A DNA stretch of 64,000 nucleotides from Eledone cirrhosa (lineage: Eukaryota), in contig OZ024742.1 in assembly GCA_964016885.1 (NCBI GenBank), positions 223,200,001-223,264,000 on the forward strand, in the 5' to 3' direction. The translations under genes were made by a program, and so were the position numbers. The notes beneath the pieces are model-generated. The model worked only from the letters and a program-made list of their open reading frames with translations. It was not told the DNA's origin and searched no databases. Below are positions 14,901 to 29,720 of this stretch, in pieces (position 1 is the first letter of the stretch; each line of letters starts with the position of its first letter).

Positions 14901-17900
14901 CTGCTACTGCTGTTGGTGGTACTACTGCTACTGCTGTTGGTGGTACTACTGTTACTGCTGTTGGTGGTACTACTGCTTACTGCTGTTGGTGTACTACTTA
15001 CTGCTGTTGGTGGTACTACTGTACTGCTGTTGGTGGTACTACTGTTACTGTTGTTGGTGGTACTACTGTTACTGCTGTTGGTGGTACTACTGCTACTGCT
15101 GTTGGTGGTACTACTGTTACTGTTGTTGGTGGTACTACTGTTACTGCTGTTGGTGGTACTACTGTTACTGTTGTTGGTGGTACTACTGTTACTGTTGTTG
15201 GTGGTACTACTGTTACTGCTGTTGGTGGTACTACTGTTACTGCTGTTGGTGGTACTACTGTTACTGCTGTTGGTGGTACTACTGTTACTGCTGTTGGTGG
15301 TACTACTGTTACTGCTGTTGGTGGTACTACTGTTACTGCTGTTGGTGGTACTACTGTTACTGTTGTTGGTGGTACTACTGTTACTGTTGTTGGTGGTACT
15401 ACTGTTACTGCTGTTGGTGGTACTACTGTTACTGCTGTTGGTGGTACTACTGTTACTGCTGTTGGTGGTACTACTGTTACTGTTGTTGGTGGTACTACTG
15501 TTACTGCTGTTGGTGGTACTACTGTTACTGCTGTTGGTGGTACTACTGTTACTGCTGTTGGTGGTACTACTGTTACTGTGTTGGTGGTACTACTGTTACT
15601 GTGTTGGTGGTACTACTGTTACTGCTGTTGGTGGTACTACTGTTACTGCTGTTGGTGGTACTACTGTTACTGGTTGTTGGTGGTACTACTGTTACTGCTG
15701 TTGGTGGTACTACTGTTACTGCTGTTGGTGGTACTACTGTTACTGTGTTGGTGGTACTACTGTTACTGCTGTTGGTGGTACTACTGTTACTGCTGTTGGT
15801 GGTACTACTGTTACTGCTGTTGGTGGTACTACTGTTACTGTTGTTGGTGGTACTACTGTTACTGCTGTTGGTGGTACTACTGTTACTGCTGTTGGTGGTA
15901 CTACTGTTACTGCTGTTGGTGGTACTACTGCTACTGCTGTTGGTGGTACTACTGTTACTGCTGTTGGTGGTACTACTGCTACTGCTGTTGGTGGTACTAC
16001 TGTTACTGCTGTTGGTGGTACTACTGTTACTGCTGTTGGTGGTACTACTGTTACTGCTGTTGGTGGTACTACTGTTACTGCTGTTGGTGGTACTACTGTT
16101 ACTGCTGTTGGTGGTACTACTGTTACTGCTGTTGGTGGTACTACTGTTACTGTGTTGGTGGTACTACTGTTACTGCTGTTGGTGGTACTACTGTTACTGC
16201 TGTTGGTGGTACTACTGTTACTGCTGTTGGTGGTACTACTGTTACTGCTGTTGGTGGTACTACTGTTACTGCTGTTGGTGGTACTACTGTTACTGCTGTT
16301 GGGTGGTACTACTGTTACTGCTGTTGGTGGTACTACTGTTACTGCTGTTGTTGGTGGTACTACTGTTACTGCTGTTGGTGGTACTACTGTTACTGCTGTT
16401 GGTGGTACTACTGTTACTGCTGTTGGTGGTACTACTGTTACTGCTGTTGGTGGTACTACTGTTACTGCTGTTGGTGGTACTACTGTTACTGCTGTTGGTG
16501 GTACTACTGTTACTGCTGTTGGTGGTACTACTGTTACTGCTGTTGGTGGTACTACTGCTACTGCTGTGGTGGTACTACTGTACTGCTGTTGGTGGTACTA
16601 CTGCTACTGCTGTTGGTGGTACTACTGTTACTGCTGTTGGTGGTACTACTGTTACTGCTGTTGGTGGTACTACTGTTACTGCTGTTGGTGGTACTACTGT
16701 TACTGCTGTTGGTGGTACTACTGTTACTGCTGTTGGTGGTACTACTGTTACTGCTGTTGGTGGTACTACTGTTACTGCTGTTGGTGGTACTACTGTTACT
16801 GTGTTGGTGGTACTACTGTTACTGCTGTGGTGGTACTACTGTTACTGCTGTTGGTGGTACTACTGTTACTGCTGTTGGTGGTACTACTGTTACTGCTGTT
16901 GGTGGTACTACTGTTACTGCTGTTGGTGGTACTACTGTTACTGTGTTGGTGGTACTACTGTTACTGCTGTGGTGGTACTACTGTTACTGCTGTTGGTGGT
17001 ACTACTGTTACTGTTGTTGGTGGTACTACTGTTACTGCTGTTGGTGGTACTACTGTTACTGCTGTTGGTGGTACTACTGTTACTGCTGTTGGTGGTACTA
17101 CTGTTACTGCTGTTGGTGGTACTACTGTTACTGTGTTGGTGGTACTACTGTTACTGCTGTTGGTGGTACTACTGTTACTGCTGTTGGTGGTACTACTGCT
17201 ACTGCTGTTGGTGGTACTACTGTTACTGCTGTTGGTGGTACTACTGTTACTGCTGTTGGTGGTACTACTGTTACTGTGTTGGTGGTACTACTGTTACTGT
17301 GTTGGTGGTACTACTGCTACTGCTGTTGGTGGTACTACTGCTACTGCTGTTGGTGGTACTACTGTTACTGCTGTTGGTGGTACTACTGTTACTGCTGTTG
17401 GTGGTACTACTGTTACTGCTGTTGGTGGTACTACTGTTACTGTTGTTGGTGGTACTACTGCTTACTGCTGTTGGTGGTACTACTGTTACTGCTGTTGGTG
17501 GTACTACTGTTACTGGTGTTGGTGGTACTACTGTTACTGCTGTTGGTGGTACTACTGTTACTGTGTTGGTGGTACTACTGCTACTGCTGTTGGTGGTACT
17601 ACTGCTACTGCTGTTGGTGGTACTACTGTTACTGCTGTTGGTGGTACTACTGTTACTGCTGTTGGTGGTACTACTGTTACTGTTGTTGTGGTACTACTGT
17701 TACTGTGTTGGTGGTACTACTGTTACTGCTGTTGGTGGTACTACTGTTACTGCTGTTGGTGGTACTACTGTTACTGCTGTTGGTGGTACTACTGTTACTG
17801 CTGTTGGTGGTACTACTGCTTACTGTTGTTGGTGGTACTACTGTTACTGCTGTTGGTGGTACTACTGTTACTGTTGTTGGTGGTACTACTGTTACTGTTG

Positions 17901-20900
17901 TTGGTGGTACTACTGTTACTGCTGTTGGTGGTACTACTGTTACTGGTGTTGGTGGTACTACTGTTACTGCTGTTGGTGGTACTACTGTTACTGTTGTTGG
18001 TGGTACTACTGTTACTGCTGTTGGTGGTACTACTGTTACTGCTGTTGGTGGTACTACTGTTACTGGTGTTGGTGGTACTACTGATACTGCTGTTGGTGGT
18101 ACTACTGTTACTGTTGTTGGTGGTACTACTGTTACTGCTGTTGGTGGTACTACTGTTACTGCTGTTGGTGGTACTACTGTTACTGTTGTTGGTGGTACTA
18201 CTGTTACTGGTGTTGGTGGTACTACTGTTACTGGTGTTGGTGGTACTACTGTTACTGGTGTTGGTGGTACTACTGTTACTGCTGTTGGTGGTACTACTGT
18301 TACTGGCTGTTGGTGGTACTACTGCTACTGGTGTTGGTGGTACTACTGTTACTGCTGTTGGTGGTACTACTGCTACTGTGTTGGTGGTACTACTGTTACT
18401 GCTGTTGGTGGTACTACTGCTACTGCTGTTGGTGGTACTACTGTTACTGTTGTTGGTGGTACTACTGCTACTGCTGTTGGTGGTACTACTGTTACTGGTG
18501 TTGGTGGTACTACTGTTACTGGTGTTGGTGGTACTACTGTTACTGGTGTTGGTGGTACTACTGTTACTGGTGTTGGTGGTACTACTGTTACTGCTGTTGG
18601 TGGTACTACTGCTACTGGTGTTGGTGGTACTACTGTTACTGCTGTTGGTGGTACTACTGCTACTGGTGTTGGTGGTACTACTGTTACTGCTGTTGGTGGT
18701 ACTACTGCTACTGCTGTTGGTGGTACTACTGCTACTGTTGTTGGTGGGTACTACTGCTACTGTTGTTGGTGGTACTACTGCAACTGCTGTTGTTGGTGGT
18801 ACTACTGTTACTGCTGTTGGTGGTACTACTGCTACTGCTGTTGGTGGTGGTACTACTGTTACTGTGTTGGTGGTACTACTGTTACTGTTGTTGGTGGTAC
18901 TACTGTTACTGTTGTTGGTGGTACTACTGCTACTGCTGTTGGTGGTGGTACTACTGTTACTGCTGTTGGTGGTACTACTGCTACTGTTGTTGGTGGTACT
19001 ACTGCTACTGCTGTTGTTGGTGGTACTACTGTTACTGCTGTTGGTGGTACTACTGCTACTGCTGTTGGTGGTGGTACTACTGTTACTGTTGTTGGTGGTA
19101 CTACTGTTACTGTTGTTGGTGGTACTACTGTTACTGCTGTTGGTGGTACTACTGTTACTGGTGTTGGTGGTACTACTGTTACTGCTGTTGGTGGTACTAC
19201 TGTTACTGCTGTTGGTGGTACTACTGTTACTGTTGTTGGTGGTACTACTGTTACTGTTGTTGGTGGTACTACTGTTACTGGTGTTGGTGGTACTACTGTT
19301 ACTGGTGTTGGTGGTACTACTGTTACTGCTGTTGGTGGTACTACTGTTACTGCTGTTGGTGGTACTACTGTTACTGCTGTTGGTGGTACTACTGTTACTG
19401 GTGTTGGTGGTACTACTGTTACTGCTGTTGGTGGTACTACTGTTACTGCTGTTGGGTGGTACTACTGTTACTGGTGTTGGTGGTACTACTGTTACTGCTG
19501 TTGGTGGTACTACTGTTACTGTTGTTGGTGGTACTACTGTTACTGGTGTTGGTGGTACTACTGTTACTGCTGTTGGTGGTACTACTGTTACTGTTGTTGG
19601 TGGTACTACTGTTACTGTTGTTGGTGGTACTACTGTTACTGCTGTTGGTGGTACTACTGTTACTGTTGTTGGTGGTACTACTGTTACTGTTGTTGGTGGT
19701 ACTACTGTTACTGCTGTTGGTGGTACTACTGTTACTGTTGTTGGTGGTACTACTGTTACTGCTGTTGGTGGTACTACTGTTACTGGTGTTGGTGGTACTA
19801 CTGCTACTGCTGTTGGTGGTACTACTGTTACTGCTGTTGGTGGTACTACTGCTACTGCTGTTGGTGGTACTACTGTTACTGCTGTTGGTGGTACTACTGT
19901 TACTGCTGTTGGTGGTACTACTGTTGCTGCTGTTGGTGGTACTACTGTTACTGCCGTTGGTGGTACTACTGTTACTGCTGTTGGTGGTACTACTGTTACT
20001 GTTGTTGGTGGTACTACTGTTACTGCTGTTGGTGGTACTACTGTTACTGCTGTTGGTGGTACTACTGTTACTGCTGTTGGTGGTACTACTGTTACTGGTG
20101 TTGGTGGTACTACTGCTACTGCTGTTGGTGGTACTACTGTTACTGCTGTTGGTGGTACTACTGCTACTGCTGTTGGTGGTACTACTGTTACTGCTGTTGG
20201 TGGTACTACTGTTACTGCTGTTGGTGGTACTACTGTTACTGCCGTTGGTGGTACTACTGTTACTGCTGTTGGTGGTACTACTGTTACTGTTGTTGGTGGT
20301 ACTACTGTTACTGCTGTTGGTGGTACTACTGTTACTGCTGTTGGTGGTACTACTGTTACTGGTGTTGGTGGTACTACTGCTACTGCTGTTGGTGGTACTA
20401 CTGTTACTGCTGTTGGTGGTACTACTGCTACTGCTGTTGGTGGTACTACTGTTACTGCTGTTGGTGGTACTACTGTTACTGCTGTTGGTGGTACTACTGT
20501 TACTGTTGTTGGTGGTACTACTGTTACTGGTGTTGGTGGTACTACTGTTACTGCTGTTGGTGGTACTACTGCTACTGCTGTTGGTGGTACTACTGTTACT
20601 GTTGTTGGTGGTACTACTGTTACTGCTGTTGGTGGTACTACTGTTACTGCTGTTGGTGGTACTACTGTTACTGCTGTTGGTGGTACTACTGTTACTGCTG
20701 TTGGTGGTACTACTGTTACTGGTGTTGGTGGTACTACTGCTACTGCTGTTGGTGGTACTACTGTTACTGCTGTTGGTGGTACTACTGCTACTGCTGTTGG
20801 TGGTACTACTGTTACTGCTGTTGGTGGTACTACTGTTACTGCTGTTGGTGGTACTACTGTTACTGTTGTTGGTGGTACTACTGTTACTGGTGTTGGTGGT

Positions 20901-23900
20901 ACTACTGTTACTGCTGTTGGTGGTACTACTGCTACTGCTGTTGGTGGTACTACTGTTACTGTTGTTGGTGGTACTACTGTTACTGCTGTTGGTGGTACTA
21001 CTGTTACTGCTGTTGGTGGTACTACTGTTACTGCTGTTGGTGGTACTACTGTTACTGCTGTTGGTGGTACTACTGTTACTGGTGTTGGTGGTACTACTGT
21101 TACTGCTGTTGGTGGTACTACTGCTACTGCTGTTGGTGGTACTACTGCTACTGCTGTTGGTGGTACTACTGTTACTGCTGTTGGTGGTACTACTGTTACT
21201 GGTGTTGGTGGTACTACTGTTACTGGTGTTGGTGGTACTACTGTTACTGGTGTTGGTGGTACTACTGCTACTGCTGTAGGTGGTACTACTGCTACTGCTG
21301 TTGGTGGTACTACTGTTACTGCTGTTGGTGGTACTACTGTTACTGCTGTTGGTGGTACTACTGTTACTGCTGTTGGTGGTACTACTGTTACTGGTGTTGG
21401 TGGTACTACTGCTACTGCTGTTGGTGGTACTACTGCTACTGCTGTTGGTGGTACTACTGCTACTGTTGTTGGTGGTACTACTGTTACTGCTGTTGGTGGT
21501 ACTACTGCTACTGGTGTTGGTGGTACTACTGCTACTGTTGTTGGTGGTACTACTGCTACTGCTGTTGGTGGTGGTACTACTGTTACTGTTGTTGGTGGTA
21601 CTACTGTTACTGTTGTTGGTGGTACTACTGTTACTGTTGTTGGTGGTACTACTGTTACTGTTGTTGGTGGTACTACTGTTACTGCTGTTGGTGGTACTAC
21701 TGTTACTGTTGTTGGTGGTACTACTGTTACTGGTGTTGGTGGTACTACTGTTACTGCTGTTGGTGGTACTACTGTTACTGTTGTTGGTGGTACTACTGCT
21801 ACTGCTGTTGGTGGTACTACTGTTACTGCTGTTGGTGGTACTACTGCTACTGGTGTTGGTGGTACTACTGCTACTGCTGTTGGTGGTGGTACTACTGTTA
21901 CTGTTGTTGGTGGTACTACTGTTACTGCTGTTGGTGGTACTACTGTTACTGTTGTTGGTGGTACTACTGTTACTGTTGTTGGTGGTACTACTGTTACTGG
22001 TGTTGGTGGTACTACTGTTACTGGTGTTGGTGGTACTACTGTTACTGGTGTTGGTGGTACTACTGTTACTGGTGTTGGTGGTACTACTGTTACTGCTGTT
22101 GGTGGTACTACTGCTACTGGTGTTGGTGGTACTACTGTTACTGCTGTTGGTGGTACTACTGCTACTGGTGTTGGTGGTACTACTGTTACTGCTGTTGGTG
22201 GTACTACTGCTACTGCTGTTGGTGGTACTACTGCTACTGTTGTTGGTGGTACTACTGCAACTGCTGTTGTTGGTGGTACTACTGTTATTGCTGTTGGTGG
22301 TACTACTGCTACTGCTGTTGGTGGTGGTTACTACTGTTACTGTTGTTGGTGGTACTACTGTTACTGTTGTTGGTGGTACTACTGTTACTGTTGTTGGTGG
22401 TACTACTGCTACTGCTGTTGGTGGTGGTACTACTGTTACTGCTGTTGGTGGTACTACTGCTACTGTTGTTGGTGGTACTACTGCTACTGCTGTTGTTGGT
22501 GGTACTACTGTTATTGCTGTTGGTGGTACTACTGCTACTGCTGTTGGTGGTGGTACTACTGTTACTGTTGTTGGTGGTACTACTGTTACTGTTGTTGGTG
22601 GTACTACTGTTACTGCTGTTGGTGGTACTACTGTTACTGGTGTTGGTGGTACTACTGTTACTGCTGTTGGTGGTACTACTGTTACTGCTGTTGGTGGTAC
22701 TACTGTTACTGTTGTTGGTGGTACTACTGTTACTGTTGTTGGTGGTACTACTGTTACTGGTGTTGGTGGTACTACTGTTACTGGTGTTGGTGGTACTACT
22801 GTTACTGGTGTTGGTGGTACTACTGTTACTGCTGTTGGTGGTACTACTGTTACTGCTGTTGGTGGTACTACTGTTACTGTTGTTGGTGGTACTACTGTTA
22901 CTGTTGTTGGTGGTACTACTGTTACTGGTGTTGGTGGTACTACTGTTACTGCTGTTGGTGGTACTACTGTTACTGCTGTTGGTGGTACTACTGTTACTGT
23001 TGTTGGTGGTACTACTGCTACTGCTGTTGGTGGTACTACTGTTACTGCTGTTGGTGGTACTACTGTTACTGCTGTTGGTGGTACTACTGTTACTGTTGTT
23101 GGTGGTACTACTGTTACTGCTGTTGGTGGTACTACTGTTACTGCCGTTGGTGGTTACTACTGTTACTGCTGTTGGTGGTACTACTGTTACTGTTGTTGGT
23201 GGTACTACTGTTACTGCTGTTGGTGGTACTACTGTTACTGCTGTTGGTGGTACTACTGTTACTGTTGTTGGTGGTACTACTGTTACTGCTGTTGGTGGTA
23301 CTACTGTTACTGTTGTTGGTGGTACTACTGTTACTGCTGTGGTGGTACTACTGCTACTGGTGTTGGTGGTACTACTGTTACTGTTGTTGGTGGTACTACT
23401 GTTACTGCTGTTGGTGGTACTACTGCTACTGCTGTTGGTGGTACTACTGTTACTGGTGTTGGTGGTACTACTGTTACTGCTGTTGGTGGTACTACTGTTA
23501 CTGGTGTTGGTGGTACTACTGTTACTGCTGTTGGTGGTACTACTGTTACTGCTGTTGGTGGTACTACTGTTACTGCTGTTGGTGGTACTACTGCTACTGC
23601 TGTTGGTGGTACTACTGTTACTGGTGTTGGTGGTACTACTGTTACTGCTGTTGGTGGTACTACTGTTACTGGTGTTGGTGGTACTACTGTTACTGCTGTT
23701 GGTGGTACTACTGTTACTGCTGTTGGTGGTACTACTGTTACTGTTGTTGGTGGTACTACTGTTACTGCTGTTGGTGGTACTACTGTTACTGGTGTTGGTG
23801 GTACTACTGTTACTGCTGTTGGTGGTACTACTGTTACTGCTGTTGGTGGTACTACTGTTACTGCTGTTGGTGGTACTACTGTTACTGTTGTTGGTGGTAC

Positions 23901-25280
23901 TACTGTTACTGCTGTTGGTGGTACTACTGTTACTGTTGTTGGTGGTACTACTGTTACTGCTGTTGGTGGTACTACTGTTACTGGTGTTGGTGGTACTACT
24001 GTTACTGGTGTTGGTGGTACTACTGTTACTGCTGTTGGTGGTACTACTGTTACTGCTGTTGGTGGTACTACTGTTACTGTTGTTGGTGGTACTACTGTTA
24101 CTGCTGTTGGTGGTACTACTGTTACTGCCGTTGGTGGTACTACTGTTACTGCTGTTGGTGGTACTACTGTTACTGTTGTTGGTGGTACTACTGTTACTGC
24201 TGTTGGTGGTACTACTGTTACTGCTGTTGGTGGTACTACTGTTACTGTTGTTGGTGGTACTACTGTTACTGCTGTTGGTGGTACTACTGTTACTGTTGTT
24301 GGTGGTACTACTGTTACTGCTGTTGGTGGTACTACTGCTACTGGTGTTGGTGGTACTACTGTTACTGTTGTTGGTGGTACTACTGTTACTGCTGTTGGTG
24401 GTACTACTGCTACTGCTGTTGGTGGTACTACTGTTACTGGTGTTGGTGGTACTACTGTTACTGCTGTTGGTGGTACTACTGTTACTGCTGTTGGTGGTAC
24501 TACTGTTACTGTTGTTGGTGGTACTACTGTTACTGCTGTTGGTGGTACTACTGTTACTGCCGTTGGTGGTACTACTGTTACTGCTGTTGGTGGTACTACT
24601 GTTACTGTTGTTGGTGGTACTACTGTTACTGCTGTTGGTGGTACTACTGTTACTGTTGTTGGTGGTACCACTGTTACTGCTGTTGGTGGTACTACTGTTA
24701 CTGCTGTTGGTGGTACTACTGTTACTGCTGTTGGTGGTACTACTGCTACTGGTGTTGGTGGTACTACTGTTACTGTTGTTGGTGGTACTACTGTTACTGG
24801 TGTTGGTGGTACTACTGTTACTGTTGGTGGTACTACTGTTACTGGTGTTGGTGGTACTACTGCTACTGTTGTTGGTGGTACTACTGCTACTGGTGTTGGT
24901 GGTACTACTGCTACTGGTGTTGGTGGTACTACTGTTACTGCTGTTGGTGGTACTACTGCTACTGCTGTTGGTGGTACTACTGTTACTGCTGTTGGTGGTA
25001 CTACTGCTACTGGTGTTGGTGGTACTACTGCTACTGGTGTTGGTGGTACTACTGTTACTGTTGTTGGTGGTACTACTGTTACTGCTGTTGGTGGTACTAC
25101 TGTTACTGTTGTTGGTGGTACTACTGTTACTGCTGTTGGTGGTACTACTGCTACTGGTGTTGGTGGTACCACTGTTACTGCTGTTGGTGGTACTACTGTT
25201 ACTGCTGTTGGTGGTACTACTGTTACTGGTGTTGGTGGTACTACTGTTACTGCTGTTGGTGGTACTACTGTTACTGGTGG
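11993..25280. repeat. 24-bp satellite (GGTGGTACTACTGTTACTGCTGTT)n, more than 13 kb, spanning an assembly gap
   Basis: Direct periodicity. Variants GCT/GTT/GGT occur at two positions. The left end grades into a degenerate triplet tract at 11865-11990. Confidence 0.97.
13853..14052. other. Assembly gap (200 N)
   Basis: Run of N characters. Confidence 1.
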
Positions 25281-25409
25281 TGTTTTTAATTAAAATAATA
25301 AGATAGTGGGAGGAGGTGGAGTTATTGGAGAATTAAACAATTTTCAGAACGACTGTTCTAAATTACAATTTAAAGATTATGCTCACCAATCCATATATAC
25401 CACCACCAT

Positions 25410-25590
25410 CAACGTTTTACACCTACTTTTCTATACTTGCATGGGTTGGACAGGTCTTCTCCAGCACTGCTTTCTTTGACTTGTTGCCTTCATTCATCAT
25501 CCTTTCTGCGATAAATTATACATCACTGATCACTATGTGGTTCCGTTTTCACCCCAAATTGTTTTCACATTTTCCATGTACCTGGATTTC
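25410..25590 (-). mobile_element. RTE LINE 3'-end fragment (a similar fragment lies at about 27510-27680)
   Basis: Reverse complement matches the 45820-45975 RTE terminus (GCAGTGCTGGAGAAGACCTGTCCAACCCATGCAAG). Confidence 0.7.
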
Positions 25591-25687
25591 ATAGCAACCT
25601 TAGGTTACTTGGATTTTGCTCCATCACTGCAGAGTGGTCCTATTAGGAACTGAGGCTCTTCTTTTTCACATTGTTTTAGTTTTTACA

Positions 25688-25865
25688 TACCATCATTCCC
25701 GGTAGCGAAGATGCTTCGTCCTCGAGGACACATCCTAATTTTGACAACCAAAAATTTGAGGGGGAAAAAAAAAAATGAACAATCTTCGGTCTCCAGGATG
25801 CATGGTAGATTTTTTAGACTTATTTCAGAAAAAAAGTAGCGTCTTCGACGTCAGGGAATATGGTA
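25688..25865. mobile_element. Short decayed DNA-transposon MITE, probably pogo/Tigger-like
   Basis: Imperfect TIRs TACCATCATTCCC and GGGAATATGGTA, with an inner GAAGATGC/GCGTCTTC inverted pair. Confidence 0.45.
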
Positions 25866-28800
25866 GGTTTTAGCTGGGCTGGCAGGCCATAGTTAAAATG
25901 AAATGAAAAAAGGAAATTTACAGCTTACACTAGTGTAGGTTTTAGCTGACCTCATACAAGGTTGCATCTCATAAGAGGTTCTTTGGTATTAATAAAGGTC
26001 TCAGTCCTATCATTAAAATCAACATGAAGTGAAACATCTCAAGCAAGATGCTTGCTCAACAACACATGTTGCTTGATCCCAGAATTGAACCCACAACCTT
26101 ATGATCCTGAATCCAACACCTTAACCACTAGGCTATGTACCATAGTTACCTCTCTCTTGTTTAACTACCTTCCAACTTCTCAGCCTCTAACAAATCCATT
26201 ATGTGCCCACTTCTATGAAACAGTTGTTCCATAAGGTTAATAACCCACTATGTTTGTAGCTTGGTTGGACCTGTTAGAACATATACCACAACACCATTGC
26301 TACTGAAGAGGCTATTGTGATTTTCACAGTACGCGCACACACACCATCATTACTTTTTAATGTCTGTTCTTCCATGCTGACATGGATTGGACAGATTGTT
26401 ACATTATGAGGCCAGACAGCTCAGATGGTCCATTCTGGTATGGTTTCTATTACTGGATGTCCACTTCACAACCTTAACCACTTTACAGTGTGCACTCGAT
26501 CCATTTTATTGTAGCACTAGTACTACTCCTTTACGTGCCCGTGTGTTAGACACAGTGATAGAAATAAGATGTGTCAAATTACATCGCTTTATGCCAAAAA
26601 GGTAACTTAGCCATTTGATGGTAAAATTGATACACAGATAATCAGAGATTATCAGAATGAGCCTTTAGATTATTGGTATGCAGAGAATGTATTTAGAATA
26701 TTAGTATGGAGAGAATAAGAGATTATCAGAATGAATCTTTAGGATATTGGTATGGAGAAAGAGTAAATGATAAAAATAAAAATAAAAAACAAAACAAAAA
26801 ACCCACAATATTTAGTAAGAGAAAGAATCTGTTGAGAGAAATTGTTGTAAAATAGAAGTGATTGTGTTAGTATTATTATTAATTAATGATTCTACTTAAC
26901 AAATTGGTCTGTTTTGTATTACATTACAGCCACTTGGTGCTGGTAAATATCTATTTATCATCATCTCCTCCTCTTTCTTCCCCTGCCCTCTCCTATCATT
27001 GTACACTCATGCATATGGAATGCAGATATAACTTTCAGCTAATTCTTGTGGAAAACTCCATTCTCCCCACTTCTCTGCTCCCCTTTCTCTCATCATTCTG
27101 TCTGTTCATTTGTCTGACTTCCCCCTGTCTCTCTCTGTTCATCTATATCTCTCTCTGTCTCAAACACACACAGACAAGAGCCATTTATACTGTTTGTGTT
27201 GTTATAGTGAATAACACCTGTTCATCTCTAATGCTTATTTATAATTAATTTTAATACTTTTAATATATAGTAGCAATAATTTCATAGTTTCGTATTACTA
27301 AATGAATAGGCTGACCTCTTGTAAGTCCAACAAAGGGGCCAGTTACAGAAATTGGCAGCTGTATCATTGAATACCAACACAACCAAAACCAACTCTGATT
27401 TCTGTGAAACCCAATCATATATTTTAAAAGTTAAACAAAATTTTTTTTTAATATTTATATTTCAACATAGTTTCATATAAGAATCTTTTGTTAAGTTATG
27501 TTACAGAGTTGTCATCATCGACATCCATTTCTCTATTCTTGTATTGGGTTGGGTGGATCTTCTCTAGGATAACTTTCCCCCACTTCTTGTGTTCCTTTGT
27601 CATCTCCTTTGTGAGGTTCAGTGTTTTGAGATTCACTGTCACCATTTCTACTCATGTGTTTTTTTCGCCTTCCTCTACTGCAGATTAGTGTTAGGAAGGG
27701 CATCCAGCTGTAAGAATCCCGGTCAAATTTTACAGTTCTGTCTGAGAAAGGTATGGCACAGCCAATCTGGCCAGATGTCTCATGTCATGGATGACCCGTC
27801 TAACTCATGCTAGCATAGAAAATGGATGTTAAACGGTGATGATGATATATGTAAATGTATGTATATATGTGTGTGTGTGTAAGGATAGGAATGTAGCTTA
27901 CTGGTTAGAGAACTGGATTCACAAATGTAAGGTTGTCAGTTTGATTCCCTGACCGGGTTATATCCTTGAGTATTGCTCACATTGCTCCTTCTACCAGGAA
28001 TTGCAACCCGTAGATATTATCAAAAATGGAAAGACCAATGAAAACATTGTTTCCTTCATCTTATTTGACACTTGGTAAGCAAATGAGGTCTGGAATTTTG
28101 TGGATTGTTCTGATATATATGATAGGTTTCTATCTACCAAATTCCACTCACAAAGCATTGATCAACCTGAAGCTATATTAGAAGGCATTTGTTCCAGGTG
28201 CACACAATGGGACTAAACCCAGGATCATGTGATTCTGAAGTGAACTCCTTAACTACACAGCCATACCTGCACCTATATATATATATATATATATATATAT
28301 ACTCTTGCCTCAAGTGGGACTACCCCCGTCCAAACCCATGCAAGCGTGGAACACGGACGTTAAACGTTGATGATGATGATGATAATGATCTTTGACATAC
28401 TCCTGATAGGAAAGGATATTAAAAACTATTTCAGGCAAATATTTATTTCTCCAATATGGCCACATAATGAAAGGAACCGATGTTTGTTTATTTAAGACCC
28501 TTTAGAAGTCTTTGTTTGGTTTATGAAAGACTCGGAAATATTACAGCTTGGAAACATTAATAGATTTTTTTAAAACCATTTTTTCAAACCGTTTCTTTTT
28601 TTACTCATATAAAGAAAAAATAGTTGTAAAGAGGATGTCATAATTTCTACCATGTATAAAAGAAATGTTTGTTTAACTTTTGAATAATGAAAGAAAATGT
28701 TTGAAAAGAATGAAATTGATTTGTTAAAGTTTATATATTTTTTTAATATCAATATTAACTGATATTTGATATTGTGGGAAGACTTCAGATGATATCATGT

Positions 28801-29132
28801 TATATATGACAATTTTTATGTCTGTTAAATTTTTAAATATCTGAAAAGTAGTTTCATATAAACATGTTATAAATCTACATTTAAACCACAAAAGATTTTC
28901 CATATCAAATATTAACCCTTTTGTATCTATATTTCTAATGAAAGACACTGCTTAATAATTTTGAATATAAATTCTCAAGAATTTGGAAGAATTTAATAAT
29001 ATAACTAACTTTCTCATTATTAAGCTGGTGTTTTGAACATAACAAAACTTCTTATAAGAAGTTATAATGGAAGGTTTTAGATAAATATAAACACTTTGAC
29101 CCTTTCTTTATCATATTACAAAGTCCTTTTAA

Positions 29133-29341
29133 CCCTTTAACATTTACATTAATCTCTATATATTATTGTATTTTTGTGGTAAAGGCTTTATCTCACATAA
29201 TATCGAAGCTACGAAATTTTGATATTATTTACTTTGAGAACAATACCTTAACATCAGTATGAGGGGCCGGTTACAGCCAGTTTCAATAAAAAGAGGTGAA
29301 AGAATTCTGGCCGGATATGGCCGGTTTAAATGCTTAAAGGG
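29133..29341 (+). mobile_element. piggyBac-type MITE, about 210 bp
   Basis: TTAA|CCCTTTA...TAAAGGG|TTAA termini. Six copies occur in the window. Confidence 0.88.
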
Positions 29342-29346
29342 TTAAA

Positions 29347-29720
29347 CCCTTAGCATTTAAACCGGCCGTATCTGGCCAGAATTCTCGCACCTCTTTTTGT
29401 TCAAACCAGCTGTACCGATGTTAAGGAATTGTTCTCAAAATAAATAACATCAAAATCTCATAGATTCGATATAATTGTTTCTACTTTTTGGCACAAGGCC
29501 AGCAATTACCCAGTACATTACTGGTACTTTATTTTATCGACCCCGTAAGGATGAAAGGCAAAGTTAACCTCGGCGAGATTTGAACTCAGATCATAAAGGG
29601 ACATAACTATGATAGAAAGCATGGCGTCTGACCCTCTACTGATAGTGCCAATTTACCATGTGTGGTAATTATGTAAGAAATACAATAATATATAGAGTAA
29701 TGTAAATAAATGCTAAAGGG
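29347..29720 (-). mobile_element. piggyBac-type MITE in inverted orientation, interrupted by SINE family A (about 29472-29660)
   Basis: Reverse complement of the adjacent copy. Ends AATGCTAAAGGG|TTAA at 29720/29721. Confidence 0.85.

Noticed and set aside
11865-25289. 4474-4503 aa poly-Leu/Val and CWWYY ORFs
   Set aside because: Alternative frames of the 24-bp satellite, switching at indels and read through an N gap.
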